Below, piece by piece: positions 40,827-50,413 of a stretch of DNA of 64,000 bases (the stretch's first letter is position 1; every line of letters starts with the position of its first letter). The stretch is from assembly GCA_963740315.1 (NCBI GenBank), contig CAVUDP010000001.1, positions 1,120,001 to 1,184,000 of the forward strand, read 5' to 3'. Under the pieces are notes generated by a model. The model was not told the origin of the DNA and searched no databases. It saw nothing but the letters and a program-made list of their open reading frames with translations. The DNA comes from an uncultured cyanobacterium (lineage in GTDB: Bacteria > Cyanobacteriota > Cyanobacteriia > Cyanobacteriales > Nostocaceae). Both the position numbers and the translations under genes were made by a program.

Positions 40827-41024
40827 ATGAAAAGTAAAACGAATCGAGGACATTTTACAAAAGGTAATAAAGATGGCTTCACAACAGATCGATCTAAGCC
40901 ATTGAATGCCCATGTAGGAATACGAATGACTACTGAAGATAAAGAGGCACTAAAAAACGTCCCTCAGTGGCAGGAACGCCTAAGAAATTATCTAAAGCAG
41001 TTGATTGAAGAACACGGCGAATAA
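40827..41024 (+). CDS. Small putative ribbon-helix-helix DNA-binding protein
   Basis: PLNAHVGIRMTTEDKEALK...WQERLRNYLKQLI: alternating beta strand then two helices; divergent from tnpB with an 84-nt spacer. Confidence 0.6.
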   Translation: MKSKTNRGHFTKGNKDGFTTDRSKPLNAHVGIRMTTEDKEALKNVPQWQERLRNYLKQLIEEHGE

Positions 41025-41182
41025 ATTCGCTTTACGCCATCGCTATCCCAGGTTTAAAAACGCGCTCGTTTGCGCTCTCCTGGTATTTCCTATCAACTTT
41101 GAGTAAAGGACAAATGACCAATGACCAATGAATATATTTTATCTTTGTTTTAGGCGATCGCTCAATTTATTGAACAATTCGA

Positions 41183-42001
41183 TCAAGGACGATACAACCA
41201 TAGGGGTAAACCACTGGTAGACAATTCAAATTCTAACCAATCAATTTTGGATGTCAGTCCATGTTGAACTTTGTTACCCGGTAATAACTTGCTGTACCAG
41301 GGTTTTGGTTCTTCTAAGGTATAAACCTCTGTTTTCTCAGGATCGAGATTTACTAATTCTGCTGCCCAACGACGGGCATCTTCCTCAGTTCCCAGTTTGT
41401 CTACAACCCCTAATTCTACAGCTTGTTCTCCGGTAAAAATTCTACCGTCAGCAAAGGTTCTTACTGTTTCGGGTGTTAAATTGCGTCCCTCTGCGACTGT
41501 TTGTACAAATTGCCGATAACTTGTATCAATTAATTCTTGTAAAATGGTTTCTTCACTATCAGTGAGTTCCCTATCGAAAGACAAAATATCCTTATAAGGA
41601 CCCGACTTTATTACCTTAAAAGAAACACCAATTTTATCTAATAAACGTTCCAAATTATTGCCGCGCAAAATCACGCCGATACTACCCGTAATTGTTCCGG
41701 GATTAGCCATAATGTGGGAAGCCCCCATACCGATATAAACTCCCCCGGAAGCAGAAATATTGCCAAAACTAGCAACAATCTCCATTTTTTCACGCAAACG
41801 CTTGAGGGCACTGTAGATTTCTTGAGAGTCTCCTACCGTACCACCAGGACTGTCAATTCGTAACAGTAACGCGGGAAATTTTTTCTCCTCTACAGTTTTG
41901 AGAGCTTCCAAAACTCGTTTGCGAGTAGCACCTGCGATCGCACCAGTAACTTCGATTTTGGCAATTTGTTTGCGAAATTTTGACTTAAAAGGCCAAACCA
42001 T
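41183..42001 (-). CDS. sppA: Signal peptide peptidase SppA (short S49 form)
   Basis: RIDSPGG, SASGGVY, TITGSIGV, KSGPYKD, ADGRIFTG. Confidence 0.95.
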   Translation of the reverse strand: MVWPFKSKFRKQIAKIEVTGAIAGATRKRVLEALKTVEEKKFPALLLRIDSPGGTVGDSQEIYSALKRLREKMEIVASFGNISASGGVYIGMGASHIMANPGTITGSIGVILRGNNLERLLDKIGVSFKVIKSGPYKDILSFDRELTDSEETILQELIDTSYRQFVQTVAEGRNLTPETVRTFADGRIFTGEQAVELGVVDKLGTEEDARRWAAELVNLDPEKTEVYTLEEPKPWYSKLLPGNKVQHGLTSKIDWLEFELSTSGLPLWLYRP

Positions 42002-42345
42002 GAGCAGTAAACAGAACCTTGCGGTATTTTAGATTTGATTTAAATTAACTTTAATTTAAAAATGCGTAAAGCATCTGCTGTTAAAATAAGCAGACGCAGA
42101 CCCATCAAATAATTCTAATAAATTTTTTTGTCTTTAAATGTATTTTGATTTTCTTTAAAAAGTTTTTTTGGTTAAATATCAAATATTCTACAATTAAAGA
42201 ATATTGTAGTTTGACTTTAACAGGTATTTAATTTTTGAATCAAACTAATTTATACGCGATCGCCAACAAATTTTAAAAGTAAGATTTTTTGCGATCGAGA
42301 ATGCTCAAATACCAAATTTTTCTAGCGAAACACAAGCCGTATTAC

Positions 42346-42639
42346 TTAAGAGTTCAAACGTAAAATTTGACACCGATAATAGACGTAAGTATCGAAAAGT
42401 GCCCCAACGAAGCTACAGGTTAAACAAATTACAAACAAACCTTGCATCGGCATACCGCTACCGAAAGCGGCTAGAAAGTTTGATATTTGAGTCGCGATTA
42501 GTTCAGTTACAGCTTGTAAACCGGGAAGCAAGCTTATAAGCGACAAAAGCAGCAATGCTCCGCCAACAAATATGATTGGAGCAACAAAACTAAAAATAAT
42601 CGATAGAACTAGAGAGCGAAGAAAATTTGTAAACATGGT
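42346..42639 (-). CDS. Conserved small membrane protein
   Basis: Hydrophobic helices and TCSFVGALFDTY motif; start uncertain (42639 or 42633). Confidence 0.7.
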   Translation of the reverse strand, partial: TMFTNFLRSLVLSIIFSFVAPIIFVGGALLLLSLISLLPGLQAVTELIATQISNFLAAFGSGMPMQGLFVICLTCSFVGALFDTYVYYRCQILRLNS

Positions 42640-43044
42640 CATAGAAAAAATTATTCCATTCCAGATGGTCAACAGCAGTCGGTACCCGTCAATTTCTACA
42701 ATAAGCGCAATGGCACTATATCAAACCGGATTTAAAGAATCTTAAGTTTTAATTAAAATATTTTAATAGATTCTCCCATATATTTTTTTCCAATTTAAAT
42801 AACATTAATTTCACAGAACCCGGAATATATCAATGCTTACATTAGTAATACATTTGTAATCATCTCTATACGTGCAGTTAGTAACAGCTTTGATTTCTGA
42901 GAATGGTTTTTTACTTAAGTTAATATAAAGTGCCGTTTTAAGAAATGTGGGGATGGGGGTTATGAGTTATGACACCTTTAATCTTTGACCTTTTATCGAT
43001 ATCTTCCGCTATGATGACGGCAATTGCTGAGTTAATGGAAAATT

Positions 43045-43842
43045 GTGAGTCAAGCAACATCTAAATCCAGTTTAGGAGCATGGAGCCTGCGATTGCTGGC
43101 GGCAATGTTCTTGATTGGACAAGTAATAATTCATTTATTTAAAGGTAAAATTCATCGCCGCAATACTTTAGAACAAATGGCTGCTGTGGGACCTGACTCA
43201 CTATTTATCGCCTTGGTTACAGCGGTATTTGTTGGTGCAGTGTTTACAATTCAGGTTGCACGGGAGTTTATTAACTTTGGTGCGGGAAACGCTGTCGGAG
43301 GAGTATTGGCGGTAGCGTTGACGCGAGAACTTTCTCCCGTGCTGACGGCAGTAGTTTTAGCTGGACGAGTTGGTTCGGCATTTGCTGCGGAAATTGGTAC
43401 CATGCGGGTAACAGAGCAAATTGACGCTCTACTGATGTTAAAAACTGACCCCATAGATTATTTAGTTATTCCTCGCGTGCTTGCTTGCTGCATCATGTTA
43501 CCGATTTTGACTTTACTATCTTTGGTAACGGGTATGGCGGGAGGATTGTTCATTGCAACTAATTTATATAACCTTTCTGATACTCAGTTTTTAGACTCAG
43601 CCCGCAATTTCCTGGGAGTTTGGGATATTTTGAGTACGATGATCAAAGCTTTGTGTTTTGGACTTTTAGTAGCTGTAATTGGTTGTAATTGGGGATTAAC
43701 GACAAAAGGAGGAGCAAAAGGTGTAGGTCAATCAACTACAACTGCTGTTGTTACGGCTCTATTAATTATATTTGTGAGCAATTTCTTCCTATCTTGGTTA
43801 ATGTTTCAAGGAACCGGCGGTGCTTTGTTACAAGGTTTATAG
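43045..43842 (+). CDS. mlaE: MlaE/TGD1 lipid ABC transporter permease
   Basis: RELSPVLTAVVLAGRVGSAFAAEIGTMRVTEQIDAL, DPIDYLVIPR, GAKGVGQSTTTAVV. Confidence 0.93.
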   Translation: MSQATSKSSLGAWSLRLLAAMFLIGQVIIHLFKGKIHRRNTLEQMAAVGPDSLFIALVTAVFVGAVFTIQVAREFINFGAGNAVGGVLAVALTRELSPVLTAVVLAGRVGSAFAAEIGTMRVTEQIDALLMLKTDPIDYLVIPRVLACCIMLPILTLLSLVTGMAGGLFIATNLYNLSDTQFLDSARNFLGVWDILSTMIKALCFGLLVAVIGCNWGLTTKGGAKGVGQSTTTAVVTALLIIFVSNFFLSWLMFQGTGGALLQGL

Positions 43843-44077
43843 GGAATTTAGAGATGGGGTGATGGGGTGATGGGGTGATGGGGTGATGGGGGGATGGGGG
43901 GATGGGGTGATGGGGTGATGGGGGGACAAGGAGACAAGGGGATAAAAATAATTTTAACCTTTGATATGCAGACCTTTGACCTTAATTCCTTCTAATCTAA
44001 AATCTAAAATCTAAAAACATGCAGACCTTTGACTTCTAAAATAGGGATAATCTTTTTTCACAAAACAAATTCAGATA

Positions 44078-44470
44078 GTGACTACTTCATCTACGTCTAA
44101 TTCGATATCAACGGTAGAACTCAAGCCTAGCTACAACATTCCTGTAGTCTTGATTATTGGGTCAATTCCTCTGCTGCTGATACAACAACTTGTAGCCGGA
44201 GGAATAATTGCACTGCTTGGTTTATTTCTGATGTACCAAGCGGTAACGTTACGTTTGCAATTTACCGCAACCGATTTAGATATTATTAAAGGCGACAAGT
44301 TACTCCGTCGTTTTGCTTACAGTGAGTGGCAAAATTGGCGTATTTTTTGGAATATAATACCTATACTTTTTTATTTTAAAGAGGTTAAAAGCATTCATTT
44401 TCTACCGATTTTGTTTAACCCTAATACCCTCAAAGCTTGTTTGGAAGAGCGGTGTCCAAGAATTGATTGA
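44078..44470 (+). CDS. DUF3119-like membrane protein
   Basis: PSYNIP, RLQF, WQNWRIFW, LFYFKEVKSIHFLPILF. Confidence 0.8.
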   Translation: MTTSSTSNSISTVELKPSYNIPVVLIIGSIPLLLIQQLVAGGIIALLGLFLMYQAVTLRLQFTATDLDIIKGDKLLRRFAYSEWQNWRIFWNIIPILFYFKEVKSIHFLPILFNPNTLKACLEERCPRID

Positions 44471-44653
44471 GGTTAAAGGTCTGCATGTTAAAGGTTAAAA
44501 GTTAAAGGTTAAAATTCCCCTTGTCCCCCCATCTCCCCATCCCCTTGTCTCCCCATCCCCTTGTCCCCCCATCTCCCCATCCCCTTGTCTCCCCCGAACC
44601 CGATCCCCTTGTCTCCCCCTCTCCCCATCTGCTACTCCCCGATACATAGTAAT

Positions 44654-44793
44654 TAGTAGTAGTTGATTGCATTAATTCTGAAGGGTAAAAAGGTTCGTAG
44701 TAAGTGCTGTCTTCGCCTCATATTACGGAATCCGGAGGGGGAACTGAAGCCCTTACTACAAACCTATCAAAACTAATGAAACGCACTACTAGT
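44654..44793. repeat. Dispersed palindromic element AGGTTCGTAGTAAG...CTTACTACAAACCT with variable core
   Basis: Related copies at 55659-55730 and 55789-55851, and a minimal form at 4294-4320. Confidence 0.8.
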
Positions 44794-44915
44794 TAAGCTT
44801 GCTGGTAAAATGTAAAGTTAGCACTTTATACTTGCTTGATACTCAATATTTATATTGAAATTTGTAAAGATGGCGTTTGTCTAATCGCCTTATTTTTTCA
44901 GGACTTGGATTGATC

Positions 44916-46130
44916 ATGAACCAAGACGAAGATTATAACGAACAACAGCAAACAGAAAATTCTCTCACGGAATCTGGGGAGGAAAATCAAACATTAAGTC
45001 CTATAGTCGAAACATTACCTTCAGTCACCCCAATTATGGCGAATTTCAGTGAAAATACTACCCCAGAAGGTTCGCAAACAAACTCGGAATCAGTTGAGAA
45101 TTCTGCGGAATATAAGCTTGCAGCTCAAAGAGTGGCGCAGCTACAACGTACCGAAGAATCATTGAAACAGGAAATAGCCGATTTACAAGCTTCTTACAAA
45201 ACTCTTCAGGCTGAAGTCGGTAATACTCAAAAAGCACTCTCTAAAATGACTCAAGAGGCGCTTTCTGAATTAGAGCAACGCAAACAAACTCTATTAATTT
45301 CTGTTGAACAACTCGAACGCCGTCAAGAACGCATTCGTAATGAAATGCGAACTACTTTTGCGGGTGCTTCTCAAGAGTTAGCAATTCGAGTCCAAGGTTT
45401 TAAGGATTATCTAACTGGCAGCTTAGTAGATTTAGCAGCAGCAGCCGAACAATTAGAACTAGTTCCACCCCCTCCGCCCGAACCACAAAAGCCTGCCGTT
45501 CGAGAAGCTGAGCCTCTGGATGAATACGATGATGAATACGATGATGAATACGTTGAACGGGGAACGCCGCAATTTAGCCAAGGACAGTTTCAAGACACCA
45601 CAAAAAAAATTCGTCAGTTAGTAGATCAGTATCGCACTAGACCAGATTACTACGGACCGCCGTGGCAATTACGCCGTACCTTTGAACCAGTTCACGCCGA
45701 ACGAGTTTCTACTTGGTTTTTCAAGCAGGGAGGACGCGGTGCTTTAAGAACAATGGGCAGTAGGTTGCAAAATACACTGACTGCCTCAGCAATTGTATCG
45801 ATATTACATTCCTTATATGGCGATCGCGTTCGGACTTTGGTTTTAGCAAATTCGCCGGAACGCTTGGGAGAATGGCGACGCGGCTTACAAGATTGTTTGG
45901 GTATAGGTCGTCCGGATTTTGGTCCTGATAGAGGCTTGGCATTATTTGAAACACCGTCAGCCGTCGCACAAAAAGCAGAGCGTTTGGTAAAAGCTGGTTT
46001 ACAACCGTTTATTATTATCGATGATTCGGAAGAACAAATTAATGTGGGACTATTGCAATTTCCATTATGGTTAGCTTTTGCTCCCGATCCCAAAATGATG
46101 AGAGACTATTATGAAGATGAATTTTTATAA
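44916..46130 (+). CDS. DUF3086-like coiled-coil protein
   Basis: Coiled coil, FAGASQELAIRVQGFKDYL, PDYYGPPWQLRR, PERLGEWRRGLQDCLG; directly upstream of plsY; ATG 44916 preferred. Confidence 0.8.
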   Translation: MNQDEDYNEQQQTENSLTESGEENQTLSPIVETLPSVTPIMANFSENTTPEGSQTNSESVENSAEYKLAAQRVAQLQRTEESLKQEIADLQASYKTLQAEVGNTQKALSKMTQEALSELEQRKQTLLISVEQLERRQERIRNEMRTTFAGASQELAIRVQGFKDYLTGSLVDLAAAAEQLELVPPPPPEPQKPAVREAEPLDEYDDEYDDEYVERGTPQFSQGQFQDTTKKIRQLVDQYRTRPDYYGPPWQLRRTFEPVHAERVSTWFFKQGGRGALRTMGSRLQNTLTASAIVSILHSLYGDRVRTLVLANSPERLGEWRRGLQDCLGIGRPDFGPDRGLALFETPSAVAQKAERLVKAGLQPFIIIDDSEEQINVGLLQFPLWLAFAPDPKMMRDYYEDEFL

Positions 46131-46297
46131 ACAAGTTAGTGGATAGTGGATAGTTGTTAGTTGTTAATCTTGAAGTAATTTTTTAATAGTAAAAACGCGC
46201 AATTCGGGCGTACCACAAGAAATCTCACCAGAATGTTATTCAATTGAGAAGTAGGATATTTAATAGCGATCGCAACTAACAACTAACAACTAAGACT

Positions 46298-46990
46298 ATG
46301 GCTATTTGGTTAAGTTTGTGTGGAGCAATTTTAGTCGCAGCTTACCTTTTGGGTTCTACTCCCACTGGTTACACTTTGGTAAAGCTGTTAAAAGGCGTTG
46401 ATATTCGGGAACTTGGTTCGGGTTCGACTGGTGCAACTAATGTCTTAAGAGCTTTGGGTAAAGGTCCTGGTGCTTTCGTTTTGCTGGTTGACTGCTTGAA
46501 GGGAGTCTTGTCAATATTTCTTGTTTACTGGTTGTTTGAGTTTGCATCCAACAATAATTTAATTCCGGCAACAGTTAAACCGGAGTGGCAGCCAATTATG
46601 GTAACTTTAGCTGGTTTAGCTGCGGTACTCGGACATAGTAAATCAATATTTTTAGGATTTCGTGGCGGTAAATCTGTTGCTACGAGTTTAGGTATTTTGT
46701 TAGCCATGAATTGGCAAGTTGGTTTGGCAACATTCGGCGTATTTACTGTAGTTGTAGCTATATCGCGGATTGTATCTTTGAGTTCTATTTGTGGCGCGAT
46801 CGCAGTTTCTGTTTTTATGGTTTTACTGCATCAACCGTTGCCATATATTTTGTTTGGCGTAGCTGGTGGTTTGTATGTAGTTATTCGTCACCGTAGTAAT
46901 ATTGAGCGGTTACTTGCTGGTACAGAACCCAAGTTAGGACAAAAATCAACGGTAGAAGCAGAACAAACTGTTGGTACGTCGGCTGGTTGA
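46298..46990 (+). CDS. plsY: Glycerol-3-phosphate acyltransferase
   Basis: YLLGS-x-P, GSGSTGATNVLR, D-x-LKG, GH...F-x-GGKSVAT, RHRSNIERL-x-x-GTE. Confidence 0.96.
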   Translation: MAIWLSLCGAILVAAYLLGSTPTGYTLVKLLKGVDIRELGSGSTGATNVLRALGKGPGAFVLLVDCLKGVLSIFLVYWLFEFASNNNLIPATVKPEWQPIMVTLAGLAAVLGHSKSIFLGFRGGKSVATSLGILLAMNWQVGLATFGVFTVVVAISRIVSLSSICGAIAVSVFMVLLHQPLPYILFGVAGGLYVVIRHRSNIERLLAGTEPKLGQKSTVEAEQTVGTSAG

Positions 46991-47100
46991 ATTATCAGAT
47001 TTTAATCAAAAATTAATTCCAATGTGAACCAAAACTATGGAGACGTAGCAGTGCTACGTCTCTACATTTATGTAGTTAACTGCATTACTTAACGACCGAT

Positions 47101-47140
47101 GTAAAGCAAGCTTGACTTTTAGTAAATATAGCTTTACTAT
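47101..47140 (+). promoter_or_regulatory. Sigma70-type promoter overlapped by two palindromic operator-like sites
   Basis: TTGACT (47112-47117), 17 nt, TACTAT (47135-47140); GTAAAGcaagCTTGAC (47101-47116) and GTAAATatagCTTTAC (47122-47137) each differ by one base from GTAAAG-N4-CTTTAC. Confidence 0.65.
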
Positions 47141-47190
47141 AAGAGCATGGTGGTAAAAATAGGTTATGCAAGTATATTAATTTGCAACTA

Positions 47191-48408
47191 ATGGAAAACC
47201 GCCTACGAATTTTTAGAACACAGCACAATTTCTCGCAAGCAGCATTAGCAGAACGTTTGGGAGTCAGTCGCCAAACGATTAACGCTTTAGAAAAGGGTAA
47301 ATATGACCCCAGTCTGCCGCTGGCGATGAAGATTGCTCAGCTTTTTGATTGTGCAATTGAAACAATATTTTTATTTGAACCAGACTCGCAATCCGGTTCA
47401 AAAGGAGATTCTATGCTTGATAAATTGACAGCTAAAGCAGTACAGGTAATAGCACACGCTCAAGGAAACTTTACATTTGATAAATGGACTCCTCAAGCAG
47501 TGCAAGTAATTCAGCTAGCTCAACAAGAAGCTCGTAGTTTAGGGCATAATTTTGTTGGTACAGAGCAGGTTTTGCTGGGATTGATTGGAAAGGAAAGCGG
47601 TATTGCGGCTAAAGTTCTCAAATCTGAAGGTGTAACCCTTGAAAAGGCTCGTGTCGAAGTAGAGAAAATTATTGGTAGGGGTTCTAGCTTTTTGGAAATA
47701 CAAATACCGTTTACACCAAGAATGAAGCGAGTTTTTGAATTATCTTTGGAGCAAGCGGCTAAAGTTGGACATAGCGATGTTGATACGGAACATATTTTAC
47801 TAGGCTTATTGCTCGAAGGAGGAGGAGTAGGAGTTCGGGTTTTAAAGATTTTAGGAATTGACATTAATAATCTTCGTCAAACAGTTTTAGAAAAAATTGC
47901 TTTGACGAAAGTTGAAATACCGCGAATCACAACTACTAGGAATCAAGAATTATCAAACCCAATTGATTTTACTTCTGGTGCAATTAGCGCTCGTTTTTCC
48001 AGTCTTTTATCTACTTTCGTGGAGTTGCATCAATTGGGATATATAGTTACCAATACAGGATTTAAGCTATCTAATGGAGATGTAATTGTGCCGCATATCT
48101 CTTTTTATTCCAAAGAAAAACTCAAGCAAGTGCCTAGAATATATCCTGAATTATCACCTAATTTGGTAGTAGAAATAAAATCGGCATTTGACCAACTTAG
48201 CACTGTTGAAAGTAAAATAGATAAATTTATAGAAATGGGTATAGGTTCGGCTGTTTTAATTAATCCCGATCGGCGTAGTGTAAGTGTTTACATAAATGAA
48301 GGGGATAAGAAACACTTAGTTAATCTTTTACAGGATGGAGATAAGCTAATTTTACCCGAGTTGTTTCCTGAGTGGGAATTAGAAATATCACTACTGTGGG
48401 TTTCTTGA
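47191..48408 (+). CDS. Fusion: XRE/HTH_3 regulator + Clp N-terminal repeat domain + Uma2 (DUF820)-like domain
   Basis: [53 protein letters not shown] and IPFTPR...[18 protein letters not shown]...PHISF...PNLVVEIKS...LINP...[10 protein letters not shown]. Confidence 0.85.
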   Translation: MENRLRIFRTQHNFSQAALAERLGVSRQTINALEKGKYDPSLPLAMKIAQLFDCAIETIFLFEPDSQSGSKGDSMLDKLTAKAVQVIAHAQGNFTFDKWTPQAVQVIQLAQQEARSLGHNFVGTEQVLLGLIGKESGIAAKVLKSEGVTLEKARVEVEKIIGRGSSFLEIQIPFTPRMKRVFELSLEQAAKVGHSDVDTEHILLGLLLEGGGVGVRVLKILGIDINNLRQTVLEKIALTKVEIPRITTTRNQELSNPIDFTSGAISARFSSLLSTFVELHQLGYIVTNTGFKLSNGDVIVPHISFYSKEKLKQVPRIYPELSPNLVVEIKSAFDQLSTVESKIDKFIEMGIGSAVLINPDRRSVSVYINEGDKKHLVNLLQDGDKLILPELFPEWELEISLLWVS

Positions 48409-48535
48409 GTAAATTTTATATTTTGGATTTTAGATTTAATAAATCAACTAAGCAAATCTGAAAAAATAGGGAGAAGCAAGATATTTTTTGAATACCTTTC
48501 TCTCTCCCTACAAAATAATTTTCTTTAAAAAACTG

Positions 48536-49387
48536 TTATTTCCTAATATATAGAAAACTTTGTCCCGAACGATCTACTTCTTCAAAACCCTGAGTTCGTA
48601 AATTCCGACGCAGTGCATTGGCGTTGGAAAGTCCTAACATATCAGGATGCACTTCAACTAAAAGCTTACGAACGGTAGATAAATTTGCAAAACTTAACAG
48701 TTCGCCTTCACTACCTTGAACATCCATAATTAAAACTGTGGGTTGGATACGCGCAATCTCATCATTAAGAGGCTTGACGGGAACTTCATAAGGAATTGTT
48801 TTATCATCAGCAGGCTTGAAAGCTGAGGAACGTGAAAAGTGTTCGGAAACATGAAACGTGCGCGAACCTGCTGTTTCCTCAAGCATACACATATTAATTT
48901 CGGGTTTAACGTCATTAAGTGCGTAGTTTTCCCGAATCAAAGACTCAAGTATAGGATTCGCTTCGTAAGAATAAACTCGATCGCCGCCAACTTTCAAAGC
49001 GCAGGCGATCGCCAACATTCCAATTCCGCCACCAAGCTCCATGACAATATCATCAGGTTCGAGCCGATGGATTAACAAACGGCGTTCTTCGCGGGTATGT
49101 CTTCCATCAATCAGTTTCTTTACTTGAAATGGAGTCATTCTCGGATCTATCCGCATCCGAATACCGTTTACAGTTACCACAGTGCCATATGCTTCAGAGG
49201 ATACCGTTTCTTCTGCTGATGGTCGCTGTTGACGATAAGTACTCTGTATCTGGTTGTAAATTCCAGGTGTCGCTTTTTCCCAAGAAGTCAGAAAATTCCA
49301 CCAAACGCGCTTGGCTTGCAACTTCATGTGTCGCGCCGTCAAAGCGTTATCCCACCAGTAGGAACGTAATGTATTATAAATGCTCAT
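48536..49387 (-). CDS. FkbM-family methyltransferase
   Basis: VMELGGGIG, YSYEANP, LIMDVQGSE, LVEVH. Confidence 0.85.
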   Translation of the reverse strand: MSIYNTLRSYWWDNALTARHMKLQAKRVWWNFLTSWEKATPGIYNQIQSTYRQQRPSAEETVSSEAYGTVVTVNGIRMRIDPRMTPFQVKKLIDGRHTREERRLLIHRLEPDDIVMELGGGIGMLAIACALKVGGDRVYSYEANPILESLIRENYALNDVKPEINMCMLEETAGSRTFHVSEHFSRSSAFKPADDKTIPYEVPVKPLNDEIARIQPTVLIMDVQGSEGELLSFANLSTVRKLLVEVHPDMLGLSNANALRRNLRTQGFEEVDRSGQSFLYIRK

Positions 49388-49433
49388 AGTTGTAAATATG
49401 TCAAATTTACTTCGTTGACTGCTTTAATCTTCG

Positions 49434-50144
49434 TTACTTAATTGCCAAGAAGCCTTCAAAACAAAGGTGTTTAAACACAGTCATAATATCAACAAAGCCT
49501 GCACGATTCATCAAGTCAATGTTTCCCTGAGTAGAAAAGGGTTCCAATACTCCTTTTAAACTGCGGCTTTTGTTAATAATTTCTTGCTCTGTGAATCCCT
49601 GCTGCAATTTAAAATCAACATAGAGCGATGACATCATATCCTGAAAGCGAGCGTCGGGAGCTCTAACTTTTTCAAACAGCAGGAAACCACCTCCCCAACT
49701 TAAACTGTTGTAGATTTTATCGAATAATAGCTGCCGAACTGCGGGTCTAATAAATTGGATAGTATAGTAGGCAATAATTAAATCGGCTGAACTAAAATCC
49801 GTTTCCAGAATGTCCGCTTCAAGAATTTCAACTTTAGGAAAATTCGAGGTTTTCTGTTTTGCAGCTTCAACCATCGGCGATTCTATTTCTATACCGACAA
49901 TACGAACATCGCGATCGCAATTAGCTTCAGCTAACTTGCGCGTCAGTTCCCCCGTCGAACAACCCAACTCGTAAACTGTCGAACTTTCTCGAAGAAAAAA
50001 GTCCGACAGCGCCACTACTATTTCGTGACCTTCTTTATACTGCGGTACGGAACGACCTACGTGTTGGTCAAAGGTTTGTGGCACGCTACCACCAAAAGAC
50101 CATCGTGCATTTGTTACCGATATGGTATCACCGACATCAGCCAT
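49434..50144 (-). CDS. CmoA-like SAM-dependent enzyme (carboxy-SAM synthase/methyltransferase family)
   Basis: WSF...FDQHVGRSVPQY, YELGCSTG, YTIQF, FEK, FK...GF...EIINKSRSLKGVL-x-P, F-x-GFLAIK. Confidence 0.8.
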   Translation of the reverse strand: MADVGDTISVTNARWSFGGSVPQTFDQHVGRSVPQYKEGHEIVVALSDFFLRESSTVYELGCSTGELTRKLAEANCDRDVRIVGIEIESPMVEAAKQKTSNFPKVEILEADILETDFSSADLIIAYYTIQFIRPAVRQLLFDKIYNSLSWGGGFLLFEKVRAPDARFQDMMSSLYVDFKLQQGFTEQEIINKSRSLKGVLEPFSTQGNIDLMNRAGFVDIMTVFKHLCFEGFLAIK

Positions 50145-50413
50145 TATTTAAAACATAAATATACTTATAATAGTAGTAAATATTACTGATTTATTTTTGT
50201 CATCTTACTATAGGAAGATTCCAATTAAAAAAGTGCCTAATTAGATAAAAGTAAAATCTAACCTTAACAAATAAATTCAAAATAAGTGATTTACCAGTTT
50301 TCAAATAATAAGAGATAAATTTTCTACTACATCAAAATTGTTGCATAATCTTTTCGGTTTGCTATAACGGATTAGATATTACACTAATCGCTTGGATAAA
50401 GTAAAAAATAACA

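Larger units (their letters stand above)
39182..41091 (-). mobile_element. Non-autonomous IS200/IS605-family (IS1341-like) element: tnpB plus divergent small gene
   Basis: Interrupts the sppA-aroH spacer. Minus-strand left end follows TTGAT (ATCAA at 41092-41096) and has a CCAGG/GCGC hairpin. Right end has a TCTCA...TGAGA hairpin and finishes ...GGCTCAA at about 39182. No tnpA. Boundaries are inferred. Confidence 0.7.

Noticed and set aside
39216..40913. Cas12-type CRISPR effector, and the 565-aa start at 40913
   Set aside because: No repeat-spacer array adjoins the gene, and IS-like hairpin ends are present. The upstream extension overlaps the divergent ORF, while a strong GGAGGTG RBS supports ATG 40742.
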